A DNA stretch of 64,000 nucleotides from Mobula hypostoma. Its lineage: Eukaryota. Every line of letters starts with the position of its first letter. Position 1 is the first letter of the stretch. Location: the NCBI RefSeq assembly GCF_963921235.1, contig NC_086108.1, positions 14,198,001 through 14,262,000 of the forward strand, read 5' to 3'. The notes beneath the pieces were generated by a model that was given only the letters and a program-made list of their open reading frames with translations, was not told where the DNA came from and did no database searches. Positions 52,340-64,000 of this stretch are shown in pieces. A program made the position numbers and the translations under genes.

Positions 52340-53715
52340 CTCTAGCCATGCTAGTATCTTTCCTGTAATATCATGGGCTATTACCTTGTTAAGCAGCCTC
52401 ATGTGTGGCACCTTGTCAAAAGCCTTCTCAAAATTCAAGTACACAACATACACCAGTTCTCCCTTGTCCATTCTGCTTGTCATCTCTTCAAAGAATTCCA
52501 ACAGATTTGTCAGGCAAGATCTTCCCTTGAGGAAACGATACCTGCTATGGCCTATTTTGTCATGTACCTTAAGTACCCCAAAACCACATTCTTTAACAAC
52601 CAACTCTAACATTTTCCCAACCACTGAGGTCAGACTAATTGGCCTATAATTTTCTTTCCTCTCCCTTTCTCCTTTCTTGGAGTGACATTTGCAATTTTCC
52701 AGTTTCCCTGAACCATTCCAGAATCTAGTGATTCATGAAAGATCATTACCAATGCCTTCACAATTTCTTCAGCCTCCTCTTTCCGAACCCTGGGGTGTAG
52801 ACCATCTGGTTCAAGTGATTTATCTACCTTCAGACTTTTCAATATCCCAAGCATCTTCGTCCTAGTAATGGCAACATCATACACTTCTGACACCTGACTC
52901 CTTCAAACTTCCAGCATACAGCTAGTATCTTCCATAGCCAAGACTGATGCAAAATACTTATTCAGTTTGTCTGCCATTTCCTTGTCCCCCCACTACTAAC
53001 TCTCCAGCATCATTTTCCAGTGGCCTGATATTCACTCTTGCCTTTCTTTTACACTTCATGTATTTGAAGAAACTTTTGGTATCTTCTTTAAAATCATTGC
53101 CAAGCTTACTTTTGTATTCCATCTTTTCCTTCTTAATAACTTTTGTTGCTTGCCTTCTATTGACTTTTAAAAGATTCCTAATACTTAACACTAGTTTTTG
53201 CTCTATTATATGCCCTCTCTTTGGCTTTTTTGTTAACAAGACCTCTCTTGTTAGCCACAGTTGTGTCATCTTGTCCTTAGAATACATCCTCCTCTTTGGG
53301 ACTTATATATCCCTGCCTTCTGATTTGCTTCAGAAATTTCAGCCATTGCTGGTCTGCTGTCATCCTTGTCAGTGTTCTTTTCCAATCAATTTTGACCAGC
53401 TCCTCTCTCATGCCTCTGTAATTTCCTTTGCTCCACTGTAATACTGATACATCTGATATTAGCTTCTCCTTCTCAAATTTCAGGGTGAATTCTATCATAT
53501 TATGATCACTTACTCCAAAGGGTTTTTTTTTTAACCTTAAGCTTTCTAATCAATTCCAGTTCATTGCACAACACCCAATCCTGTATATCTGGTACCCGGG
53601 TGGGCTCAACCATAAGCTGCTCTGACAAGCCATCTCATAGGTCTTCCAGAAACTCCCACTCTTGGGATCCAGCACCCACCTGATTTTCCCAATCTACCTG
53701 CACATTGAAATCCAT
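52340..53715 (-). mobile_element. CR1 ORF2 fragment
   Basis: VDKSLEPDGLHPRV, SCLTNLLEFFE, KAFDKVPH. Confidence 0.85.
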
Positions 53716-54616
53716 CCTGTTTTTAAATCTTGATTGAGGATCTTATTGAAAGGTAGCTCTTTTTATGTCCTCCCACTTGGTGATTGATTGCAGCGCAACT
53801 CCCATCACCGAGGTACGATTAGTGTTGTGAATGTTGTTTCAAGAACCTGATGGTTGTAGAGAAGAAGTTGTTCTTGAACCTGGTGGTGTGGGACCTCAAA
53901 CTTATGTACCTCCTGTCTGGCAGTACCAATGGAAGGAGGGCAGGATCATCTGGGATTCTTGAAGATGGATGCCACCTTCTTGAGGCAGTGTCTCCTGTAG
54001 ATTCTGTTGACGGTGGGGAGGGATGTGCCCATGACAGACTGGGCTGTGTTCACTATTCTCAATAATCTCCTGTGTTTCTGTACATTGGAATTGCCAAAGC
54101 AGCTCATGTTGGACAGAGTAGATGTGGAAAGGTTGTTTCCCTTGGTGGGTGAGTCCAGGACAAGAGGCCATAGTCTTAGAATTAGAGGGTACCCAGTTAA
54201 AACAGAGATGAGAAGAATTTTTTTTAGCCAGAGGGTCGTGGATTTGTGGAATTCGTTGCCACATACAGCTGTGGAGGCCCGATCATTGAGGGTGTTTAAG
54301 GAGGAGATTGACAGGTATCTAATTAGTCAGGGTATCAAAGGGATATGGGGAAAAAGCTGGAAATTGGAACTAGATGGATGAATAGTTTAGCTCACGGGGG
54401 AGCTGTGGAGCAGACTCACTGGGCCGAATGGCCTACTTCTGCTCCTTTGTCTTGTGATCTTGTGATGTTGCAAGCAGGATACCAAGAAGAACCAGTGCTG
54501 CTATGATGAGAATGACAAGCTCAAGGAACTAATCAACCACAGATGGGATGGGAAGTTCTTACTTATTGAAGGAAAAATGTGGCAGAGATGGAAAACCCCC
54601 TGACCTAAAGAACATA

Positions 54617-55136
54617 CACTCAGTGGCCACTTTATTTGTTACATCTGTACAATTACTCAGTAATGCAGATGTCTAATCAGCCAATCATGTGGCAGCAAAC
54701 CAATATATAAAAGCAGAATAGGGGAAGAAATGTGATCTAAGTGACTTTGACTGTGGAATGATTGTTGGTGCCGGACAGGGTGGTTTGAATATCTCAAAAA
54801 ATGCAGATCTCCTGGGATTTTCACACGCAACAGTCTCCAGAGTTTACAGAGAATGGTGCAAAAAAAAAATCCATTAAGTGGCAGTTCTGTGGGGGAAAAC
54901 ACCTTGTTAATGAGAGAGGTCAGAGGAGAATGGCCAGACTGGTTCAAGCTAACAGGAAGGTGACAGTAATTCAAATAACCACGCATTCCAACAGCAGTTG
55001 TGCAGAAGAACATGTCTGAATGCACAACACATTGAACCATGAAGTGAATGGGCAACATCAGCAGAAGACCATAAGCATATATTCAGTGGCCATGTTATCA
55101 GGTACAGGAGGTACTTAATGAAGTGACCACTGAATG
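54617..55136 (+). mobile_element. Tc1-derived MITE (duplicated in reverse at about 56956-57490)
   Basis: TA-CACTCAGTGGCCACTTTATT...AATGAAGTGACCACTGAATG TIRs; transposase N-terminal remnant MIVGARQGG..ADLLGFSH..VSR. Confidence 0.85.
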
Positions 55137-56340
55137 TTAGTGGATGGTGAGAATCCAAGAAACAATATACTGGCAGCAGGAACGTAACCCATGTGAGTTC
55201 TTCAGTGATGGAAAAGCCATATGTGCTTCAAACACCTGAAGCCTCACCCAGTGAGAGCCAAAGCCAGTAGTGAACTCAATACAGATGGACAGGTTGTCAG
55301 CATTAATCCAAAGGCGCACTTAAAAGATGTTCTCAACTATTTAGTTCCCTGACCTCCGTAACTGGGCGAGCCTTGCTGCTATCCCCAACTGACAAGATAT
55401 AGAGGAGGTCAGATTACAACTTGAAAGTAGCAAGAAGGTCCATGATGACAGCTGAAAACTCACAATTCTACAATCTCATCTTCTGGGGGAAGGATGAAAT
55501 TCAAAGTAAATGTAATTATCATTAAGAAGGGCAATACTCTTGATTTCCAAATCAGAAGTCAGTACACTGAAACACACCCTTTGGCTTAATTCATCCAAGG
55601 TGCCCACCCAAATTAGTCCCATTTTCTGCATTGGCCATACTCTTTCTAAACCTTTCCTATCCATGTACCTGTCCAAAAATCTTTTAAGTATTGCTACTGT
55701 ACCACCTCTACCACTTCGTCTAGCAGCTTGTACCATATATCCACCATCCTCTGTGAGAAGAAGTTGCCCCCTCAAGTCCCTTTTAAATCTTTCACTTCTC
55801 ACCTTAAACCATGCCTCTAGGTTTTGGTTCCCTTCCCCTGGGAAAACAAACTCATCTGTCTATATCCTCATGATTTTATTCACCTATTTAAGGTTGCCCC
55901 CTCTTCTGCGATGTTCCAAGGAATAAAGATCTAGCCAGCCCCTTCTCTCGCTGTAACTCAGTTCCTCCAGCCCTGGCAACATTCTCATAAATTTTCTTTA
56001 CACTCTTTCCAACTTGATGATGTTATTTTCACCTCATTTCAGTGCTCCACAAATGTAGGGATCTCCACCCTCTTCAAAACATGGCTGTCTGTCATTTCAT
56101 TCAAGTGTTTAATGCCTTCAGTCAGGAGAGACTGCTACACTAATGGTTGTGATGTGCTCAAGTGAGCCAAAGGGTCATAAAGTGCTCAGCTTTAGCGATC
56201 TGTAGAAACACAGAACGTAGAACAGTACATCACAGGAACAGTCTCTATGGTCCATTAGTCTGTGATGACCACAGTACCAACTTCAATTGCACATCTGTCT
56301 ACAGATACAGTGTTTGATCCAGGGAAGCCATGATACTAAC

Positions 56341-56541
56341 AAATACTGTGGATCCACAGTAAAATATTTTTCGGTGAAGATCAGCACCAAACATTTCTGC
56401 AGCATTCTCCTGACACTTTTGTCAATTTCTCTCACTACCATGTTGTACTTCACCTCCAACAACCTAGATGTGGAACTGAACTTCAGACCGATGGGGAACT
56501 GTTCACTGAAACATCCAGTTGACGGGCTTCTCTTTCCACAT
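56341..56541 (-). CDS. Candidate internal coding exon (201 bp, phase 2 to phase 2)
   Basis: Acceptor ccttgttctttcAG, donor TTT/GTTAGT, only one open frame, non-repeat-looking sequence. Confidence 0.4.
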
Positions 56542-57580
56542 CTGAAAGAACAAGGACCTCTGCCAACTTGCCCCATTTCCATAATGAAATAGTGATTAAT
56601 GTTGTGAAGGTTGGTTTAAGAACCAAATCGTTAAAGAGAAAAAGCTGCTCTTTAATCCGGTGATGTGAGACTTTCAGACTTGTGTATCTCCTGCTCAATG
56701 GTACCTGTGAAAAGATGGCAAAGAGTGGATGGTGGGAATCTTTGATGATGTGGCCTTCTTGAGATACAATGGATAGTGGAATGGAATGTGTTTATGATGT
56801 ATTGGTGAGAGACCAGCTGGAATATTGTGAGTAGTTCCGTTATCATACTGTAGGAAGGATATGAATAAGCTGGCGAGGGTGCAGAGAAGGCTCACAAGGA
56901 TGATGTTGGAACTGCTGCCAGTATATTGCTTCTTGGATTCTCACCATCCACTAATCATGCAGTGGTCACTTCATTAAGTACCTCCTGTACCTGATAACAT
57001 GGCCACTGAATATATGCTTATGGTCTTCTGCTGATGTTGCCCATTCACTTCATGGTTCAACGTGTTGTGCATTCAGACATGTTCTTCTGCACAACCACTG
57101 TTGGAATGCGTGGTTATTTGAATTACTGTCACCTTCCTGTTAGCTTGAACCAGTCTGGCCATTCTCCTCTGACCTCTCTCATTAACAAGGTGTTTTCCCC
57201 CACAGAACTGCCACTCAATGGATTTTTTTTGCACCATTCTCTGTAAATTCTGGAGACTGTTGCGTGTGAAAATCCCAGGAGATCTGCGTTTTTTGAGATA
57301 TTCAAACCACCCTGTCTGGCACCAACAATCATTCCACAGTCAAAGTCACTTAGATCACATCTCTTCCCCTATTCTGCTTTTATATATTGGTTTGCTGCCA
57401 CATGATTGGCTGATTAGACATCTGCATTAATGAGTAATTGTACAGATGTAACAAATAAAGTGGCCACAAATAAAGTAACAAATAAAGTGTATGTTCTTTA
57501 GGTCAGGGGGTTTTCCATCTCTGCCACATTTTTCCTTCAATAAATAAGAACTTCCCATCCCATCTGTGGTTGATTAGTTG

Positions 57581-58491
57581 TTTTCCTTTACTTTACTTTA
57601 CTTTATTGTAGCCAAACAATTGATACTAGAGCGTGCAATCATCACAGCGATATTTGATTCTGCGCTTCGTGCTCCCTGGAGTACAAATCGATAGTAAATA
57701 TAATAAAAATTTAAATTATATATCATAAACAGAAAATAGAAAAGGGAAAGTAAGGTAGTGCAAAAAAAAACCGAGAGGCCGGTCCATATATTTGGAAGGT
57801 ACAGCCCAGATCCGGGTCGGGATCTGTTCAGCAGTCTTATCACAGTTGGAAAGAAGCTGTTCCCAAATCTGGCCGTACAAGTCTTCAAACTCCTGAGCCT
57901 TCTCCCGGAGGGAAGAGGGACGAAAAGTGTATTGGCTGGGTGGGTCATGTCCTTGATTATCCTGGCAACACTGCTCCGACAGCGTGCGGTGTAAAGTGAG
58001 TCCAAGGACAGAAGATTGGTTTGTGTGATGTGCTGTGCCGTGTTCACGATCTTCTGCAGCTTACGGTGCATCTATAAAAATTACTGAAGGTTTTAGAGGA
58101 CAAGTCAAATTTCTTTAGCTTTCTCAGGAAGTAAAGGCGCTGGTGGGCCTTCTTGGCAGTGGATTCTGCTTGGTTGGACTAAGTCAGGTCATTTGTGATA
58201 TTGACCCCGAGGAACTTAAAGCTTTTGACCTGTTCCACCTGCGCACCACCAATGTAGATAGGGTCGTGCGGTCCGCTACTCCTTCTGAAATCAACAACCA
58301 ATTCCTTCATCTTGCTGACGTTGAGGGATAGGTTATTGTCTTTGCACCATGCCACCAAGTTCTTAATTTCCTCTCTGTACTCAAACTCATCATTACCCGA
58401 GATACAGCCTACAATTGTGGTGTCATCAGCAAACTTACATATTGAGTTCGATGGAAACTTGGCTACACAATCATGGGTGTACAGTGAGCAA
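57581..58491 (-). mobile_element. Rex1/Babar-type LINE, same family as 18000-19205
   Basis: [22 protein letters not shown], (AAAGT)n tail. Confidence 0.9.
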
Positions 58492-61400
58492 AGCAAGTTG
58501 AGGAGTGTCCTCATAATTAGAAGGGGCACAGATAATTTGGATTGTTGCAGTCCTTTTCCCAGGGTAGTGGAGTCTAAAACTAGAGGACATAGGTTTAAAG
58601 TGAGAGAGGAACGATTCAAAGAGCCTAAGGCAAGTTTTCTCACACAGAGAGCGGTGGATAGTGACTGCCAGAGGAAATGGTAAAGGCAGATACAATTACA
58701 TTAAAAGACACTTGTCAGGTACAGGAATAGGAAAGGTTAGAGGGATATGGACCAAGTGAGGGCAAATAGGACTAGCTTAAGAAAGCACACCTTAATTGAC
58801 ATGAGCCAATTGGGCCTGTTTCCATGTGTATAATTCTAGGACTCTGTGGATATTTACAAGTCTGATCACCACACCACTGCAAGGGTGTGATTATCCTGAA
58901 ATTTACTGTGGTGATACCTGGGATAGAGTATTTAGTTTATGGGAAGACTGGATAGTCTGTGTTTGTCTTCTCTGGAGCAAAGATGGCTAAGGGGGAACCT
59001 GCTGTAAGTATCCAAAGTTATGAGTGCTATGAATAGAGAAGATTTTAAGAAACAGCTTAGATGTGAATGTATAATATATGATAAAATGTTTGCAGATGAC
59101 ACAAAAATGGGTGGTGTTGAAGGTAGTAGTAAGGATGACAGAGGCTGCTAAACAACATTGATCAGCTGGTAAGTTGGATGGAGCAATGATAGATGCAATT
59201 TAGTCCCAATAAAGAATGTGATGATGCATTTTAGAAGTCAAAGGAAGGTAAAACGCACCATAAACACTGGTCTCTGAGGAATTATTAAGGAATAGAAGAT
59301 CTTGGTTTGCAAGTCAATATATTTCTGAAAATAGCAGCACTGGGTAGATCAGGTGGTAAAGAAGACTTGCGGGCCACTGGCCTTCATTAGCTGTGGTATT
59401 GAATATATCTGTATAGAGGTCATGATTCAGCTTTTAAAATAGTAGCTGAAATAGTTGGGATCTCTTTGAGAGTTGGAGCGAGCTGTACAAGAGAGACGGG
59501 CTGCACCTGAACTGGAGGGATACCAATACCCTGGCTGAAAGATCTGCTAGTACTACTTAGGAGAGTTTAAAGTAGAATTGCAGGGGGTGGGGTGGGGCTT
59601 TGAACAGTAGAGTCGCTATCGACTTTTCCCCAGGGAGAGGATGCTAAAAACAAGAGGGCTTAGGGATGAGAGGCAAGGGATTTAAAGGGGACAACAAGGG
59701 CAGTTTCTTCACATATAGGATGGTGCGTATTTGGAATGAGCTGCCAGAAATTGTGGTCGACATGGGCACCTTAGGAACGTTTAAAAGCCATTTAGATAAG
59801 TACTTGAATAGGAGGGATCTACCAGTGCTGCTGTGGGCCAAATGTCTCTAGATGGACTAGCTTGCTGGCTGGGCAGCTCATTTAGAATGGACAAATTAGG
59901 CTGAAGGGACTATGTGACTCCAAGGCAGGGGTTTCCAGCACTTTTTCAAGCCCTGGACCCTTACAATTAAATGAGAGGTCCGTGGACCCGTGCTCTATGG
60001 CTAGGCCAGAGGAGGAGTGCTGTCTGCAGTTCTTGTTGCTATGCCATATTGCACTGGAGAAGGTGATCAAGAGATTGATCAGGATGTAACCTGGGTTGGA
60101 GTGTTTCAGTTACAAGGAGAAACTGGATAGGCTGGGGTTTTCTTTGGAGTGGAGGAGGCAGACTGGGGACCTGTAAAGGTATATAAAATTGTGAGGGACA
60201 TAGAGTGGGTAGTGAGAAATGTGACCCCATAATGGGGACATCTGAAAACAGAAGCTATGGGTTTAAGGTGAGGAGTAAGAAAGCTAGAGGGGATATGAGG
60301 AAGCCTTTTCTTCCTGGCCATGGGTGGATAGAATCTGGATTGCACTGCATGACAAGGTGATGTAATCAGATTTTCTCACAATATCTAAGGTATCTGGATC
60401 TGCACTTAAATTTGCAAAGCACAGAAGGCAAGTATCTAAGTGTTGGTAAATGGGGTCAAAATAGATGGGACAATGGTCACTATTAACACTAAGTGTGTGT
60501 GTGTTGTCCTTGGAGCTGGTATGAAAATATAAGTATGCCTCCTTTGTAGAGAGTGCAATATTTGTATGTGGAAGTCTACAGTGCCAGGGTAAGTTTCCTT
60601 GAAGGAAATGGTAACATTTCCTGGATGAAATCCCTGATGCACATCTGTGTTTCCTTTGCTTTCCTGGAGGGAGTGCTCTATGAATTCGTCTGCAGGGAGT
60701 GGTGCAGTAGAGATATGGTTCACCGTTGGGTGTGCTGTAGTACAAGTGCACATGCTATGCTGGTGTGTCACAGAGTAGTAACCCTTCACTCAAACCACTT
60801 CATGTTGACCACCAGCGAGTCTTAACTTACTGTGTTTAGCCAGTATCCCTATAACCTACACCCCTCCACGTACCTACCTTCTTAAATAATACCATTGCAC
60901 CTGCCTCAACCACTTCCTCTGCTATCTCATTCCATATGTGCACCACCCTCTGTGTGATGAAGTTGTCCTCAGGTCCCTTTTAAATCATTACCCTCTCATC
61001 CTAAATCTATTGACTCTAGTTTTAGGGACACACCTACCATAAAGAAAAAACTGTTATCATCCACCCTATCTATGCTTCCCATAATTTTAAACGTCTCTAT
61101 AAGCTCACCCCTGATTGATGAAGTAAATGGTGCTGTTATGTGTATCACTGGTGTGTGTAATAACTCAATTGTGTGCTTCACTACAGGGGGTCCAAGTGTG
61201 TGATTCCTCAGAGAGAGAGCAGAGATACAAGATTATGTTTCTTTCAGCTGCATTTCCTCAAAGCAATGCAACGTGCGAGTTTGTGTTACTATATACAGAA
61301 TGCTGCATAATCTTGTTTTACCCCAGGTGAGAGCTGTTGTATGATTCCCAGGTGGAAACACAGTAGTTGCAAGATTGTGCTTCATTTGAAGGAGGGTGCT

Positions 61401-61499
61401 AATATACCTGTCCACTTCCACAGAGTCAGCAGCATAATCTGTGCTATGATACAGGATTGTATTTACATTTTGAATATGCTCTAATGTAGGTCATAGTCA

Positions 61500-64000
61500 T
61501 AGTCTGATAGCACTACAGCACAGAAACAAGCCATTTAGCCCATCTAGTCCATGCTGAACAATTAATCCACCTAGTCCCATCGACCTGCACCTGAACCAAA
61601 GCCCTCCATACCCCTCCCATCCATATACCTTTTTCTCTTAAATGTTGAATTCAAACCCGCATCCATCTCTTCTGCTGGCTGCTTGTTCCACACTCCTAGC
61701 ACCCTTTGAGTGAAGAAGTTGCCCCTCATGTTCCTCACGAACTTTTCACAATTTACCCTCAACCAATGATCTCTAGTTCTTGTCTCACTCCACCACAGTG
61801 GAAAAAGTCTGTTTGCATTTAACCGAACTGTAACCCAAATAATTTTGTATACCTCTATCAAATCACCCATCATTCTTCTTTGCTCCAAGGAATAAATTCA
61901 TAACCTATTTAAACTTCCTTTATAACTCAGATCCTTAATTCTTGGCAATATCCTTGTGAATTTTCTCCGCACTCTATCAATGTTATGGAAATCCTTTCTG
62001 CGGGTAGATGACCGGAACTGCACATAGTACTCCAAATTAGGCCTCACCAATCTGTTACTTTGTCTTAAATATATTTACTGAGGTAGCCTCCACTGATTCA
62101 TTGGGCAGAGAATTTCACAGATTCACCACTCTTTGGGAAAAGCAGTTTCTCCACATCTCTGTCCTAAATTTATTCCCCTGAATTTTGAGGCTATATTCCC
62201 TAGTTCTAGTCTCACCTACAAGTGGAAACAACTTTCCTGCCTCTGTCTATTCTATACCTTTCATAATTTTATTTGTTTCTCCTCTCATCCTTCTGAATTC
62301 CAGCAAGTACAGTCCTAGGCGACTCAATCTAACCCCCTTATAGCCCAACCCCTCATCTTCAGAATAACCCTGGTGAACCTCCTCTGCACCACTTCCAAAG
62401 CCAGTATATCCTTCCTCAAGTAAGGAAACTAGAACTGCACACAGCACTCCAGATGTGGCCCCACCAGTACACTATAAAGTTGCAGCATAACCTCCCTGCT
62501 CTTAAATTCAATCCCTCTAGCAATGAAGGCCAACATTCCATTTGCCTTCTTGATAGCTTGCTGCATCTGCAAACCAACCTTTTGTGACTTATGCACAAGC
62601 ACTCCAAAGTCCTTTTTGCACAGCAGCATGCTATAATCTTTTACCATTTAAATAATAATTTGATCTTCCATTTTTCCTTCTAAAGTGGATGACCTCGCAT
62701 TTGTACTCTATCTGCCAGACCTTTGCCCATTCTTTACCTTATCTATATATTTCTCTGCAGACTCTCCGTGTTCTCTGCAAATTTGCTTTTCTACTCAATT
62801 TGGTGTCATCGGCAAAACTTAGATCACTACACTTGATCCCCTCTTCCAGATCGTTAATGTATATTCCAAACAGTTGCAGGCTGTTGCCACTGACCCCTGT
62901 GGCACACTACTCACCACTGATTGCCAACCAGAGAAACACCCATGTATCCCAACACTCTGCTTTCGATTAGTTACCCAATTCTTTATCCATGCTAATAGAT
63001 CACCCCCAAACTCTATGTATCTTTATCTCATGAATAAGTCTTTTATGTGGCACCTTATCGAACGTCTTCTGGAAATCCAGGTAAATAACACCCATCTCTT
63101 CCCCTCTATGCACTGCACTTGTTACATCCTCAAAGGACTCCAGTAAGTTTGTCAAACAGGACCTGCCTTTGCTGAATCCATGCTGCGCCTGCTTGATGGA
63201 TCCATTTCTTTCCAGATGCCTTGCTATTTCTTTAATGATAGCTTCAAGCATTTTTCCAACTACAGATATTAAACTAACTGGCCTATAGTTACATGCCTTC
63301 TGCCTACATTTTTTTTTTAAACAGTGGCATGATATTCACCTTCTTCCAATCCGCTGGGACTGCCCAGAGTCCAGAGAATGTTGGTAAATTATCGCCAAAG
63401 CCTCAACTATAGCCTTTGTCATTTCTTTCAGTACCCTGAGATGCATTCCATCAGGACCAGACGACTTGTCTATTTTTAGGACCACAAGTTTGCTCAGCAC
63501 TACCTCTTTAGTGACAGTTATTGTATTGAGGTCCTCACCTCCCATTACATCCAAATCACCTCTCCTCAGCATGTTAGACGTGTCCTCCACCGTGAAAACT
63601 GACAAAAAATTGTCATTCAAAGCCTCAGCCATTTTCTCATTACCCACTATCAATTCCCCCTTCTTGTCTTCCAAGGGACCTACATTCACTTTGGCCACCC
63701 TTTTCTGCTTTATATAATTATAAAAAACTTTTACTATCTTTTTTTATGTTTTGTACTAGTTTATTTTCATAATCTATCTTCCCTTTCGTTATTGCTCACT
63801 TAGTTGTTATTTGTTGCATTTTGAAGTTTTCCCAATCTTCCAGTTTCCCACTACTCTTGGTGACGTTGTACCCACGAGCTTTTAGTTTGATGACTTCTTC
63901 TATTTCCTTAGTTACGCAAGGCTGGCTCTCCCTACCCTTACTGCCCATGCTTTTAACTGGAATATGCTTTTGTTGAGCACTGTGAAAAATGTCTTTGAAA
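61500..64000 (-). mobile_element. Two adjacent CR1 ORF2/3' fragments
   Basis: DKSSGPDGMH, QHGFSKGRSCLTNL, PHLECCVQF, GDLIEVYK. Confidence 0.85.

Larger units (their letters stand above)
54527..57579. repeat. Inverted duplication of about 650 bp (54527-55179 versus 56912-57579)
   Basis: Both the MITE and its flanks on either side recur in reverse complement. Confidence 0.92.

Noticed and set aside
14950..60750. Recurrent TTGTACT(A/T)CAGCAC on the minus strand near 14960, 28350 and 60740
   Set aside because: No extended similarity could be established by eye; may be chance or acceptor-like composition
1..64000. CRISPR arrays, prokaryotic operons, rRNA or tRNA genes
   Set aside because: No regularly spaced repeats or such genes seen; tRNA-like sequence is limited to a SINE head and the PBS

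Overview
Repeat-saturated vertebrate genomic DNA, most likely a cartilaginous fish (inferred from the mix of CR1, Rex1/Babar-type LINE, Penelope-like, Tc1/mariner, hAT and Gypsy elements). No prokaryotic features, rRNA, tRNA genes or CRISPR arrays were seen. Most bases are nested, degenerate retrotransposon fragments, and their boundaries were estimated by eye. The main signal is a Penelope-like (GIY-YIG) family present as at least eight pieces. It carries a minimal hammerhead-ribozyme motif near its 3' end, repeatedly inserts as head-to-head palindromes (2.8 kb, 1.1 kb, 159 bp) and leaves about 14-bp target-site duplications. Other observations: two twin-priming-type 5' inversions, a LINE-coupled inverted duplication, a -1 frameshift signal in a Gypsy element, a MER2-like MITE, and three phase-compatible candidate exons of an unidentified minus-strand gene.
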